From Camelus ferus (lineage: Eukaryota): a stretch of DNA of 64,000 bases. The notes beneath the pieces were generated by a model. It was not told where the DNA came from and made no database searches. It saw nothing but the letters and a program-made list of their open reading frames with translations. Positions 1 to 11,580 of this stretch are shown here, in pieces; position 1 is the first letter of the stretch, and each line of letters starts with the position of its first letter. The position numbers were made by a program, and so were the translations under genes. The stretch is taken from positions 118,174,001 to 118,238,000 of the forward strand of contig NC_045696.1 in NCBI RefSeq assembly GCF_009834535.1, written 5' to 3'.

Positions 1-489
1 TGAATATGACACGGCTAAATGCAGTGTCTTAGTACTGACCACCGTAGTCTTGATGTTGCTCAATGAAACACCAAAAACCAGACAACATAGAAAAACAGGA
101 AATAAAATCACACAAGTGAATTTATAGAAGCTTAGCATGCCTATACTCATACAATCTGTTGATTAGGTCCTATTTTTGACTTAAATTTGGCTACATAAAA
201 GTTGGAATACTGAAAAGGTCGTATATAGGAAAGCTTTCTATTAAAAAAAACTTAACATAAAAAGAATATACATATGTTGCAGGGTGGTAAACAAATCTCT
301 GTAAGTTAGACTCAGTACACAATACCAAGACAGATAGGCTGAAGCAAGGTTGTTTGGAAGAGGATAAAATTGGCAAGTTATAATTTTTAGTATAATTGGT
401 AAAAGTGTTTCTGTTTTTGAAACACTTTTTTTCATATTGTTCCCCACCATAACGTGCTTCTTGCTATAAGACTGTTGGAGTATGATTTG

Positions 490-1885
490 CAAACAAGGGT
501 GCTCCCTGACGAAGGTTATTTTGGAAATGAATAGGTGTATTTTCCTTTGTCACAGCAATTTGGGGATGTTTTTGGCATTTAGTAGATGGGGATCAGGGAT
601 GCTAGATGTCCTCCTCAGACTATGTGAAATGGTCCAGACTGCCACGTAACTTTTGAATGTCTGCCTGCTTAACCTGTCTTCAAAAATAAAGCAGTAATGC
701 TTTAATAATACTGACACAATTTTGCAAAATGTTCCATGAAGTATCTGATACTTTGGGGGAAGTTTGTGTGGAGGGGGAGCTTAAGTAGAATAAAGAAATT
801 CTCCAAAATTATGTGTAGTTTACTTCACACATTCTTCCCACTTCCTGATTTATAACATTTCTTACTAGATATTTAGTTGACAAGTTTTCAGTTGGGGAAT
901 GCAGTTTACTGGAAGCTCCATTACACAGATGGCAAATACGTAGCAGAGGATATTTAAGATTCTTTTAAGAACAAACTAAATTTTAAATTAATAGATCTCA
1001 TTGAATTTTGTTAGTTAATAAAGCTTATTTAAGGTTATTTTATGATCATCATCCTAAATATTAAAGTTTCTTTTTTTAGAATGCTAATAATACATTGTTA
1101 AAATATATTTTAAAAATACTTATTTTTATGTTGCCTAGTCTTCAGTATTACTCTGGTACCATCTCCAGTAATCTGTCATACATCTTCCCTGTAACTTCTT
1201 ATATTACATTTCTTTAGCACTCCACTGGTTGTTTTATATTTTGGGAGGATATAGTCTCTACTGTAGTATTTTTAAGAACTAGAGACTTAATGCCTTGACA
1301 GTGTGGTAGGTTTTCTGGGATGGGTTGTAACTACACTAACAACCTTAGCATAGGTAATTATTTTGACACTACGCTTAGAAACAAAACCCAGGTCTGCTGC
1401 ACTCACACCACATTTCATGATTTTCTCCATTTCAACAGTATGTAATTTGTCTTGACGTTTTAATTTTTATTTCATTTAAGCTTATTTATTTCTCTTCACA
1501 TTCAGTTTAATTTTCATCTGTAATCACTTATCTCAACACTAATTTTTATTCTAGAGTTCTCCTATGCCTCTCACCTTTGATTTTTTTGTACTTCTTCTAG
1601 AGAATGACTTGTGATCTTTTTTGTTCTAGATCCAAATTTACCTATTATATACAGATGCAAACATGTGACTGTTTTATTCATTCTTCTTAAGTAGTTATGC
1701 CTAAGTGTTTATACAGTGATGAGTATTTCACTATAAATTTACTTTTGTTTTTTGATTAATATTATGGTTAGGGAATTAATTTTTTTAAATATCCTGCATA
1801 TGGTTAGATTTTATTATCTGAATTTCATTTCAAGATAGTATAGGGAATGACAGGGAGATTGGATCTGGTGGACTGAAAACCAATA
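490..1885. mobile_element. Interrupted hAT-Charlie DNA transposon relic (MER20B-like)
   Basis: MER20-like start 'tgtcacagcaatttgggga...tggcatttagtagatggggatcagggatgctagatgtcct' (~548-612) and a matching end 'aatttcatttcaagatagta...ggatctggtggactgaaaacca' (~1820-1882). The middle is probably partly unrelated sequence. Family call is from memory. Confidence 0.5.
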
Positions 1886-2280
1886 TTTTGTTTTATTTTA
1901 TTATTATTTTGTTTTGTTTTTGAAAGTTTATTACCCTAAGATTTCTACTTTGTAGCTCTAGAAAGCATAGGTATACATTACTTGCTTACATTAAAAACAA
2001 AAAAATTTTTGGATAAATGTTGCAGAGAAAGAAGAGAAACCATTACATGCAATAAGATGAAGAGGACATTATTTATTAAATTTCTAAGTCATCTACTTTA
2101 TTTTGGGATGAGAGCTGCAGTGAATGCCGGCCACGTGCGCGCAAATCTTAAAATTTAAAATGTTGCCAGACTTGAATTTCATGATGATTTATTACAAATA
2201 TATTTACTTTCCCTTCCATCATCCTCTTTAAATAGCATAATATATTAAATTAATAATTATCATTGATGTCTGATCTGGCT

Positions 2281-2630
2281 TTTTATTTTATTTTTTAAAA
2301 TATATTTTTATTGAAGTATAGTCAGTTTACAATGTTATGCCAATTTCTGGGGGGTGAGTACAGCACAGTACTTCAGTCACATAGGAACATACATACATTC
2401 ATTCTCATATTCTTCACCATAGGTTACAAGATGTTGAATATGGTTCCCTGTGCTATACAGTATAAACTTGTTGTTTATCTATTTTATATATATTAGTTAG
2501 TACCTGCAAATCTCAAACTCCCAGTTTATTCCTTCTCACCCCATTCCCCCCCCTGGTAACTGTAAGTTTGTTTTCTATGTCTTTGAGTCTGTTTCTGTTT
2601 TGTAAATAAGTTCGTTTGTATTTTTTTTTT
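2281..2630 (-). mobile_element. Young lineage-specific L1 3' UTR fragment, 5'-truncated
   Basis: T-rich tail followed by 'ttgaagtatagtcagtttacaatgtt...ttccctgtgctatacag...gagtctgtttctgttttgtaaataag'. It aligns by eye with the copies at 5.2, 38.1 and 52.6 kb. Confidence 0.9.
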
Positions 2631-3639
2631 GAAATACGCATTTATTCTCATGGCTCTTCTAACTCTTATGCTTGAGAGATACTTCCAAATTAGATTGGAG
2701 GTTCTAATATGGATGAAAAAAGTGTCAAAGCCAACAATTCACATAGAATTAAATATTTTAACATAAAGAGTCTTCCAGTGCTAGAAATATAGGGGCTTAT
2801 TCTGATTTTTTTGATATTTTATAAATGAAAAATAACTGTATGAAATATGCACAATAATGGGGCTGAAAAATGGGATTTTATTTTGTCCATCAGGCACCCA
2901 AATAGAATGGGCATGGTTTTTCACTTAAAATTTGAAAATAACTAATGCTAACCAGTTTTGGGGGTTACTCTGAAATTGATAATTGATGTAGTCATTGACA
3001 ATCATTTTTTTTTGAGCTGTTGATAGTACCTCTAAGTGGTTCTCTTGCTTCATAGAAACTATACTGTTAAATTTTATTAATTGGTTTCTTAAATGAAACC
3101 TAATTATAAAATAATACATTTAAACCATATGTTGAGTAAAAATGTATGTGTGCCCCAGGGGGTACACTTGCATTTTTGTAGAGATACATGGTTTTATTTA
3201 TCTTTAAAGTGGCACTGTTCATAGTGCATGTGAACATAACTTGAGAGATTAATGTGAAATCGTTTGGCAGTCATTTGATACTGGTATAATATAGACACTG
3301 TGAAATAAAGACTAAAAGCCATTGTCATGGGGTTTCCCTATAATCTCAGTGGCATCTTTGCTCAGACAAAGAATACTTGCTGCTTTTTAAAAAATTTAAA
3401 TATAGTTGATGTATAATGTGAGAATGCTTGCTTCTAATTGCTTCCTCGTATTATTGCTTCTGGTTACTATTTCTCTTGCTGCTAATGCCATTTTCATCCA
3501 GAGTTATGCTGTGATGTGTTAATGTGATCAAGGAGGAGGTTAAAGATTTGGTATCCTTGGAGGTCGGACAGTTTTGCTCTATTCCTTATGTGTCAGTCTC
3601 AACTTACAGTCTTTTTTCTGGTTTAACGTCCTCATTATA

Positions 3640-4010
3640 TGAAAATAGATCTTAAGAAGGGTTGAAGTATCTTTATTTTACTCTCAGATTTGATTAATAG
3701 TTTGGTTGGGTATAAAATTTTAGGTTGCAGGATAATTTCCTCTTAGAATTTTAAAAGGCTTAGTTGCACAGCATTCTGTGTTGCTGCTGAGAGGTTCATT
3801 GCCTCTTTTCCCCTTCTATATTGTTTCCTGCTGTGAATGACCTGTTTTTTTAATAATTATGGGGGCTTTTAGAATATTTGTCTTTGAATTTTTATAATGA
3901 TGTGTCTTGGAATGGATTTTATTCATGTTTATACTGTATCTTCAGAGGACTCCTTCATTCTGGAATCAAGTCCTTCAGTTTGGGAAAGTTATTTTCTTCC
4001 TCCATTTTGT
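3640..4010 (-). mobile_element. Old L1M-type fragment
   Basis: 'tttggttgggtataaaattttaggttg...gcattctgtgttgctgctgagagg' is typical of degraded antisense L1M/HAL1 sequence. Confidence 0.55.
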
Positions 4011-5220
4011 TTAAGTTGTTTTCCTATTTTCTTAGTTGAAGAACCCCTACCAGGGTAGTAGAGGTGGGATGTATGAGGTTGAAAGTTGCTGCACTTTGGG
4101 CAAAATGGTTTGCCTCTCCTCAGTTTTTATAAATTCTCTTACAAGTTACTTTTTTGATAAGTTATTTCTCTATTTTCCAAAAATTTGAGATTGCTGGGGT
4201 TTTGGGAGGAAGGGGAAAGATGCTCATATGGTTAATCTTTGTTGAGTCAAGCTTTTTATGTGCTGTTCACTCCTTACTTCTTTTCCTGTCTCATCAACCT
4301 GCAAGATGCAGCTTTTGAAAGCTTTCCCTGATTCCTCAGTGATACCTCCTCACCATCTACAGACCCTTGTAGAACACCTATACCATGTTGTAATTATGAG
4401 TTCACTGCCCATCTTTGTAGCAAAAACAGGAATTGTCTTATTTTTAACCTATGTCTGTGTGTAAAGCATAGTATTTCTTCAGTGAAAACATAAAATACAG
4501 AAATGAAGTTGAAAATAGGTAGCAACAGTGCAGTTTTTCAGAAGAATTGTAATTAATTCTTCTTTTAATCCTATTCAATAAATGAGAGATTAAAAAAATA
4601 GAGATTTACTTTTTTTTTGGTAAAATAATAGTACTGTTATTGTCCTGTGGTAATCAAAAAATGTCTTTATATTTAAGCTAAATTACATAGTATTCATGAG
4701 AGTTTCAATTTCTTAATGCATTTAATTAGGAATTAAACTTCAAGATGTTAATAAAACGGGTGACTAGTGGATATTTTTATATATTAATGAGAGTTCAACA
4801 AAATCCTAGAAGAGTCAAGAATGGAGAAAAAGTTTTGACTTCTTTCATTAGCATAGCATTACAATAATTCCAAACCAAAAATTCTAAGAAAACAGGATAT
4901 ATTTGTTTTGGGAAAACTTGCCATATCCACAGACAGAAGGAAAACATATGAATGAGCACAGGATTTCACAAAAAGATCTTTGTCACTGTCTTGAGTTCAA
5001 GTTTTACCATCACAGTCATCTGTTGTCTCCTTCTGGGAAGTTTTCCTTTCATCATATGTTGTTTTATTAATTTTTAATGGTAGGGAATAAAATTGTTTTC
5101 ATTTAAATTCTTCGACTCATGACTCATGTTTCATAGAAGTTAAAATGAATCAGCAAGTATGTATTGAGTGCATACAAGACTGTGGTTGGTCTGTAGGGAA
5201 GTTGAAGAAGTATTCACGTC

Positions 5221-5977
5221 TTAAAAATTTTTATTTTATTGAGTTACAGTCAGTTTACAATGTTGTGTCAATTTCCAACGTAGAGCACAATTTTTCAGTC
5301 ATACATGAACGTACATATATTCATTGCCACATTCTTTTCCCCATGAGCTACCACAAGATCTTGTATGTGTTTCCCTGTGCTGTACAATATAATCTTGTTT
5401 ATCTGTTCTATATATATCTGTCAGTATCTACAAATTTCAAACTCCCAGTCTGTCTCTTCCCACCTCCCTCCCCTCTGACAACCACAAGTTTGTATTCTAG
5501 GTCTAGGAGTCTGTTTCTGTTTTATATTTAAGTTCATTTGTTATCTTTTTTTTTTTTTTTTAGATTCCACGTATGAGCGATATCATATGGTATTTTTCTT
5601 TCTCTTTCTGTCTTATTTCACTTAGAATGACATTCTCCAGGAACATCCATGTTACTGCAAATGGCATTATATTGTCATTTTTTATGGCCAAATAGTATTC
5701 CATTGTATAAATATACCACAACTTCTTTATCCAGTCATCTGTTGATGGACATGTAGGCTGTTTCCGTGTCTTGGCTATTGTAAATAGTGCTGCTATGAAC
5801 ATTGGGGTGCAGGTGTCTTTTTGAAGTAGGGTTCCTTCTGGATATATGCCCAGGAATGGGATTATTGGGTCATATGGTAAGTCTATTCCTAGTCTTTTGA
5901 GGAATCTCCATACTGTTTTCCACAATGGCTGCACCAACCTGCATTCCCACCAGCAGTGCAGGAGGGTTCCCTTTTCT
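5221..5977 (-). mobile_element. Young L1, 5'-truncated: ORF2 C-terminus plus 3' UTR
   Basis: ORF 5560..6090(-) contains [37 protein letters not shown]...DTCTPMFIAALFTIAK...WIKKLWYIYTMEYY, the L1 ORF2p C-terminal region. Imperfect TSD aagaagtattca (5205-5216) / aagaggtattca (5978-5989). Confidence 0.97.
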
Positions 5978-7839
5978 AAGAGGTATTCAGTTTTGAGTGA
6001 CGATATGTATACATGTAAAGAGTGGCAGGTAGATCTCAGTGGGATGAGAAATGTCTCAAAATTGTATATGATTATCAATGAATGACCCACTTGGGATTTA
6101 TAATAGTAATTTAGCTCTTGTTAGTAGAAGGTTCACATACTCTTAAGTCATATCTTAGTCATGAATATATAAAAAAAATAAGAGTCAATAACTTAATGAA
6201 GTTTCCTATCAGTGTCCTAAATTTTATTTTTAGTGTTTATGTCTCTTTAACCCATACACCTGCTATCTTTAGGGCCTAGTCATTTTCATCCTTAAGTTCA
6301 CTTACTAATTAGAAATGTCTTTAAAATTTCATAGAATTACTTTTGGGATATTGTATTTTCACCTATCAATTCATACACATATTTTGATAATGTTTTTATT
6401 AAATCCTTTAAATTTCAAAAATTAGGAATTTTACACCAAAAGAGGTAGCTGGTGAATTTTCTGTAACCTTTTCCTTCATAAAGCATGGTTTGAATTCTTT
6501 GTTTTTATGCCCATGTATTTTAACTTAAATTCAACATTCATATTTTTTCAGGAGTAGTTTCAGGATAAAGTTAGATATACTATTTTTTTATTCAAGTGAA
6601 CTTATTTTATCTTATCTTGGCACCTTGTAATTCACTTGGAGTTTGATTAAAGTGTTTTTCAGAGTGTATGAAGTACACCATCTCTTTAACTCCGTCTCCC
6701 AAACTTCTTCCTTCTTTTCTTATCTTTCATTGTGTATCCCATGTCATGTATTAGGTTACACTGAACCCATTACATATATAAAACTTCATGAAAGAGCTCA
6801 AATTGGGTACAGAAAGGTCTTATGGAGAAAAATATAATTATGTCATTGTATAAACTTTTAAAATGTTGTCTAGCAAGCTAGAACCACCTAACAGATGTGA
6901 TTGCTTCATTGTTTCAAATTTATGCCAATCAGACTTGATAGGATTTGATCACACTCTCATAGATTTATGAGATAAATTACAATATTGCATGACACGCTTC
7001 AGATAGAAAACATCAATATAAGTTGAGTATGATTTCTTGTTTAAGATAACAAGCCAGTAATTCTTTAAATTAGATGGCTCCTGCTTTGAGAGAATATTTA
7101 TCAGTTTTTGTGAAAATTAATGGTCCTTGCTGTTTTCTTTGTGGTGACAAAAAGTGTATTAAACTTTTGTTTTAGTGTACAAATGTGATTGTAAATGAGA
7201 GGCATCCTGTTTATTTAGCTGTCAAATTTCCAGAGACCTACAGAGAAATGGGGCTAAACTTAAAAGAAATTTGACTGCAGATAATTTTAATTAGAGTAAG
7301 ATTTCATTAGCTACAGCTAAGGATTTTCTGGGAATTGTTTTTTTAAACAGAAATTTAATACCTCAAACAAACAATCAAAATGAGAAAGAACATATTCATT
7401 AAAGGGGCAGGTCCCCCTGGGAAGTTAGAGCCAAGGACTGGAGTCAGGCATTCAGGCCTGTTTGCCCTACAACAAATGATAGAACCAGGTATTCAGAGCC
7501 CCTGTGAAGAATATTTTTAACTACATTTAGGAGGTCTTCATGGTGGAATCCCTCAGTTCAATTTCAAAATAAAACCATGGAATCGAGAACTTGATTTGAA
7601 ATGGTTACCAAGTCAAATCATTTGTGAAAAGAGAGTAGAATTTTTAGTTTCTTAGTTTGGAATTAAAAGTTTTTTAAATATGGAGACTAACCAAAGCAAT
7701 GATTTTTAAAAAAGGTAGACCCTCCTGTTTCAAGTAAAAATGTAAAATCTCTTTAATTTTTTTCAGAAGAAAATTTTTTACATCATGGCTTAGATTTAAA
7801 ATATATGAGAGATTGTTCAAATAATCATGAAAATACAGA

Positions 7840-8240
7840 GGATAAATAGACCAGGCAACTGTGTATTTACCATGCCGAATTAGTAAGTTAACATTTGCAG
7901 CATATGTTTAAAAAAAAAAAATTTAAAGCCTTTCCTTTCTCAGAGATAACCACCATCCTGAAATTGCTTTATATCCTCCCTGTCTTGTGTTTTTAGTCTA
8001 GTACTATATTTATATGTTCATTAACATTGAGTGTTCTTAATAACTGAAAAATTCCATTGGTCTTTCTACAGTTTGCTTTTTTATCCTTTTTACCCAGTGT
8101 TGTTTCTGAGCTCCTCCTTGCTTTTTATTTTACACCTGGTGTATCAGTTTCAGTTGTTCTCTAACACTCTGTGATAGGACAACATTATTTGCACAGGTTG
8201 TGTCTCTGTTTCTGTCTGAATGGACATTTAAGGGTCAGAG
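7840..8240 (-). mobile_element. Old L1ME-type 3' fragment
   Basis: Motifs 'cagagataaccaccatcctgaa' and 'tgaatggacatttaagg' resemble antisense L1ME 3' ends. Highly diverged. Confidence 0.5.
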
Positions 8241-9362
8241 TACTTTGCACAGACATCTTCTACAGCGATCCCTGTGGCTCTGCAGGGCCCAGTGTTTTCA
8301 GCACATGGGACAGCGGTCATCAACTCGTGCAGCATCCTATCCAGGTTCCAGCATTAGGCAGCATCCTCAGGCAGTTTAGTGCCACCAGACTGTGCATTGC
8401 TTTCTCTTTTCTTGCTGAAGTTCCTGTGACATTTAAAGCCAGTTGCAAAGAAGCCTGCAGACAACCTTGTCCTGCTGCTCTTTAAAAAAAAAAATCCTCC
8501 TATCCTCCCCTGGCCCCGTATAAAAAGAAAATATAAAATCTTTGTCTTTTTTTGGATATTTGTTTGAAAAATATTCTGTTTTATTTTCCAGTTTTTCTGT
8601 TACATTTTTCAGTTTTTACATTTCTGTTCTATTTTAACCTGGGGGACACTAAAACCTAGATTCCTGGGGGGTTTATTATGCCATAGCAACAAGTACACTG
8701 GGTCTGTGCACACAGATGACGTGGGTTTGCTTGATGTGAACGACCTGCTTTTGTGCTCAGGTAGTGATACAGTTGTCTCAGTTAATGACAGTGAAACATG
8801 AGTCCTGAAAATGATACACGCTTATTTGTGAACATTTTGGAACTTTTTATAGAGATTATTTGAAAATTTTATAATCTAAGTTGCATTGCTTGGGTTCACA
8901 TTTATATTATAATTGTCATTAGACAGACTTACTTTAGTGCATGTTATATTTTGGTGGAAGTCGTATTTAGAAGTATACTTAGCTGTGTATTACACACAGA
9001 AGATCTGGATTGTGATGCACTCTCAGGCTACTGAAGAGAAAGCTGCCCATATATGTAATTCTGTGCCTGTGTGCCCAGCAGCTTGAAGTGCCTCCCAGGA
9101 TGCCAGAAATTAGAATATTAATGTTACTTATCTTCTCCCTGAAAGTATTTCTTCTTGGAATAAAAAAAAATTGAATGGATTGCTACATCTGAATTTCTTG
9201 TGTATCAATAGTTTCAGAAAGCTGAGAAATGTTTATGCTGTGCAATAAACAGATGCTGCTCTAACAATGCAATACATTATGTACCAAAAATGATCTCTGT
9301 TTTAATCATAGATGCTGGTTAATGAGACAGGACTAGCTTACATCAAAAATGGATTTAAGATG

Positions 9363-9365
<3 letters not shown>

Positions 9366-9393
<28 letters not shown>
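9366..9393. repeat. Poly-T homopolymer (~28 nt)
   Basis: Uninterrupted T run seen directly. Confidence 0.95.
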
Positions 9394-9396
<3 letters not shown>

Positions 9397-11139
9397 TTCT
9401 GTGTTTTCTACATGATTGATAGACATACCTTTTAACACCATTGTCAATTTTTTGGAATATTTATTTCTTTGATTTTTGCATATATTTCCTTTTCTGAATT
9501 CTAGTGAGTATGTAATTGTCTCAAACTCATTCAAAATAGTTACTACACTATTTCAAAGAAGCTGCCTCAGCTTGCCCTGTATTAAGTCTGCTTTGCATGA
9601 AAAAAAAAATTCCCTTGTGTTCATGTTGTTTCAAGTTTCTACCCGTTTTTAAGGGAGGACTGTGTCTTTTTTATAACTCACAGGAAAGTTTCAGGGGAGA
9701 CAGTCAGTCAGTCAGAATGAATTGACTGTCATGAGCTGGCCACCCTAGAGGTGGACCATCCCCAGCATCCATGTGCCTCTGCTGCCCCTGAGGGTGGCTG
9801 ACTGCATCAGAGACCCTTCCTTGTGGTGGGAGAGCTCTTTGCGGGCTCTGCTCTCATTTCCTCTTTACTTGATTTTATTCCCTCAGACTCCACTGCAGTT
9901 GCTGACTCTCAGCCTTTCGATTCTTCTACATCTGGGTTGTACATCTTGACTGACAAATTTGCCTTTACATATGGTCAGATAATTCTATATTTATAAAAAT
10001 ATTCCTATTGTATGTTTTATTCCCCCAAACCTAGCAGAGTTAAATGTAGTTTGGATGCATAGGGAAGAATTAATGATTGGAAGATACAGAGTTGGTAAAT
10101 TATTTATTCTGGCCCCGAGGAAGCTGAAAAGCTGAGTGAAAGACTAATAAATCATTTGTGGTAGTGCTGGTTGTCACTTCCAATTATTTCAGACGGTTTT
10201 GTGATAAACTGCAGCACCTGCTAGATATCTGCACACCCTCCCTTGATGCTGGCGGTGCAGCTTGTTTAGTTGGCGATCAGAGGCAAGTTTGTGTAAAGTT
10301 TATTTAGGTTGGAAAGGAAATTACTCTTTTTAAAGTCAGTTTTGTTGCTTTTTCTCATTGTTTTGAGTGCCGGGAGAGGACTTCTGTGACAAGGCAGGGA
10401 GTCTGGAATTTCCGTGCCACTTTAGCCAGGGGATACTGTCTTTATCTTTTGTTAAATTAAATACTTGAAGAATTGAGCGTCTTTATTATTCGCAGACCAA
10501 TTAAAAACTACTTCGACTGAGATGATTAGTATGCTAAAGATCAAATCATCGTTTTGAAATGATACCATTTCCTAAGAACCACTGCTGCTGTTTCATCACC
10601 CCTTTTTCCCCATCATTCTTTGTTTTTAATGGCCGAGGTTTTGAAACTAGTAGCCCTGAAAGGCAGCGAGGTTCCTCTCTGCCCTGGTCCTGCACTCAGC
10701 TGCTGAGATCCTTGGAGGCACGAAAAAGAACTTGAGAGAGCTTAGGTGAGTTTGGCTGGTTGTAGCGTTGTGTGGTACAGCTGCTCTAGAACGCCTTCAG
10801 AAATAGGTGTGAACATCATATACTGTGCCCAGTTCATGCTTGGAATTATGGTCAGTTCTTTTGTTTCCATCAGAGTTTAATAACTACGCTCAAGCGCAGA
10901 ATATGAAGCCTGTTTACACATCAGAGTAACTTTGTTTTCACTGACATTTTCAGCTTTAACATAAAAATATGGGGTATTTGAGGGGACTCTTTAAGATTCT
11001 GTACAAAGAAACAGTCTTGATAACTGTCTTGTATTCTTTATTCAGTCACATTTTTACTCACTTATTTCTCCTCATAGACATTTATTAAGCTCATGTGTAC
11101 CTGTGCTTGGAGAACAAGAGCAACCACTATGCCTATAAG

Positions 11140-11270
11140 TTATAACTATTTTCTTAGTGGAGGGCTTAGTATGTGCCATATGCCAGTGTAAGCATTTTAC
11201 ATGTCTTTTAATACAGCTGCCCTATGAGGTGCTTACTGTTACCATCCTTGTTTTACAAAGGACCCGTATG
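11140..11270 (-). mobile_element. MIR SINE fragment
   Basis: 'taagcattttacatg...ccctatgaggtg...ttaccatccttgttttacaaagg' matches the reverse complement of the MIR core and 3' part. Confidence 0.7.
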
Positions 11271-11384
11271 GAGTGGTAAGGCAATAGTGATTTCACTTTT
11301 CTGTTAAGAGTTTTTGGAAGGAGTGTAGTGTTTATGATAAATCTTAATTAGGTTTAGAATTTCAATCCAAATACTGCAATTATA

Positions 11385-11580
11385 ACTATCATTTATTGAA
11401 CATTTAGTTTTGGGTTTGATATTGTAATGCAGTTATTTCACTTTCAACCGCTGATAATTAACCATTATTATATTCTTTGTTATGTTGGAGAAATTGAGGC
11501 TTAAAGAGGCTAAACCACTTGTCCTGGTTAAGCAGCTTGGAGCGAGAGGAGCTGGGATTTGAATCAGGATCTCACTGCCT
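11385..11580 (-). mobile_element. MIR SINE fragment
   Basis: 'gagaaattgaggcttaaagaggctaaaccacttgtcc...gagctgggatttgaatcagg' matches the reverse-complement MIR core. Confidence 0.75.

Noticed and set aside
1..60. Possible tRNA-derived sequence on the minus strand (A-box-like 'ggtggtcagtact')
   Set aside because: Truncated by the window edge, with no B box or cloverleaf visible. The similarity is too weak to call.
5560..6090. Longest ORF (176 aa) as a gene
   Set aside because: It is the C-terminus of a truncated L1 ORF2 fused by chance to flanking sequence beyond the TSD.
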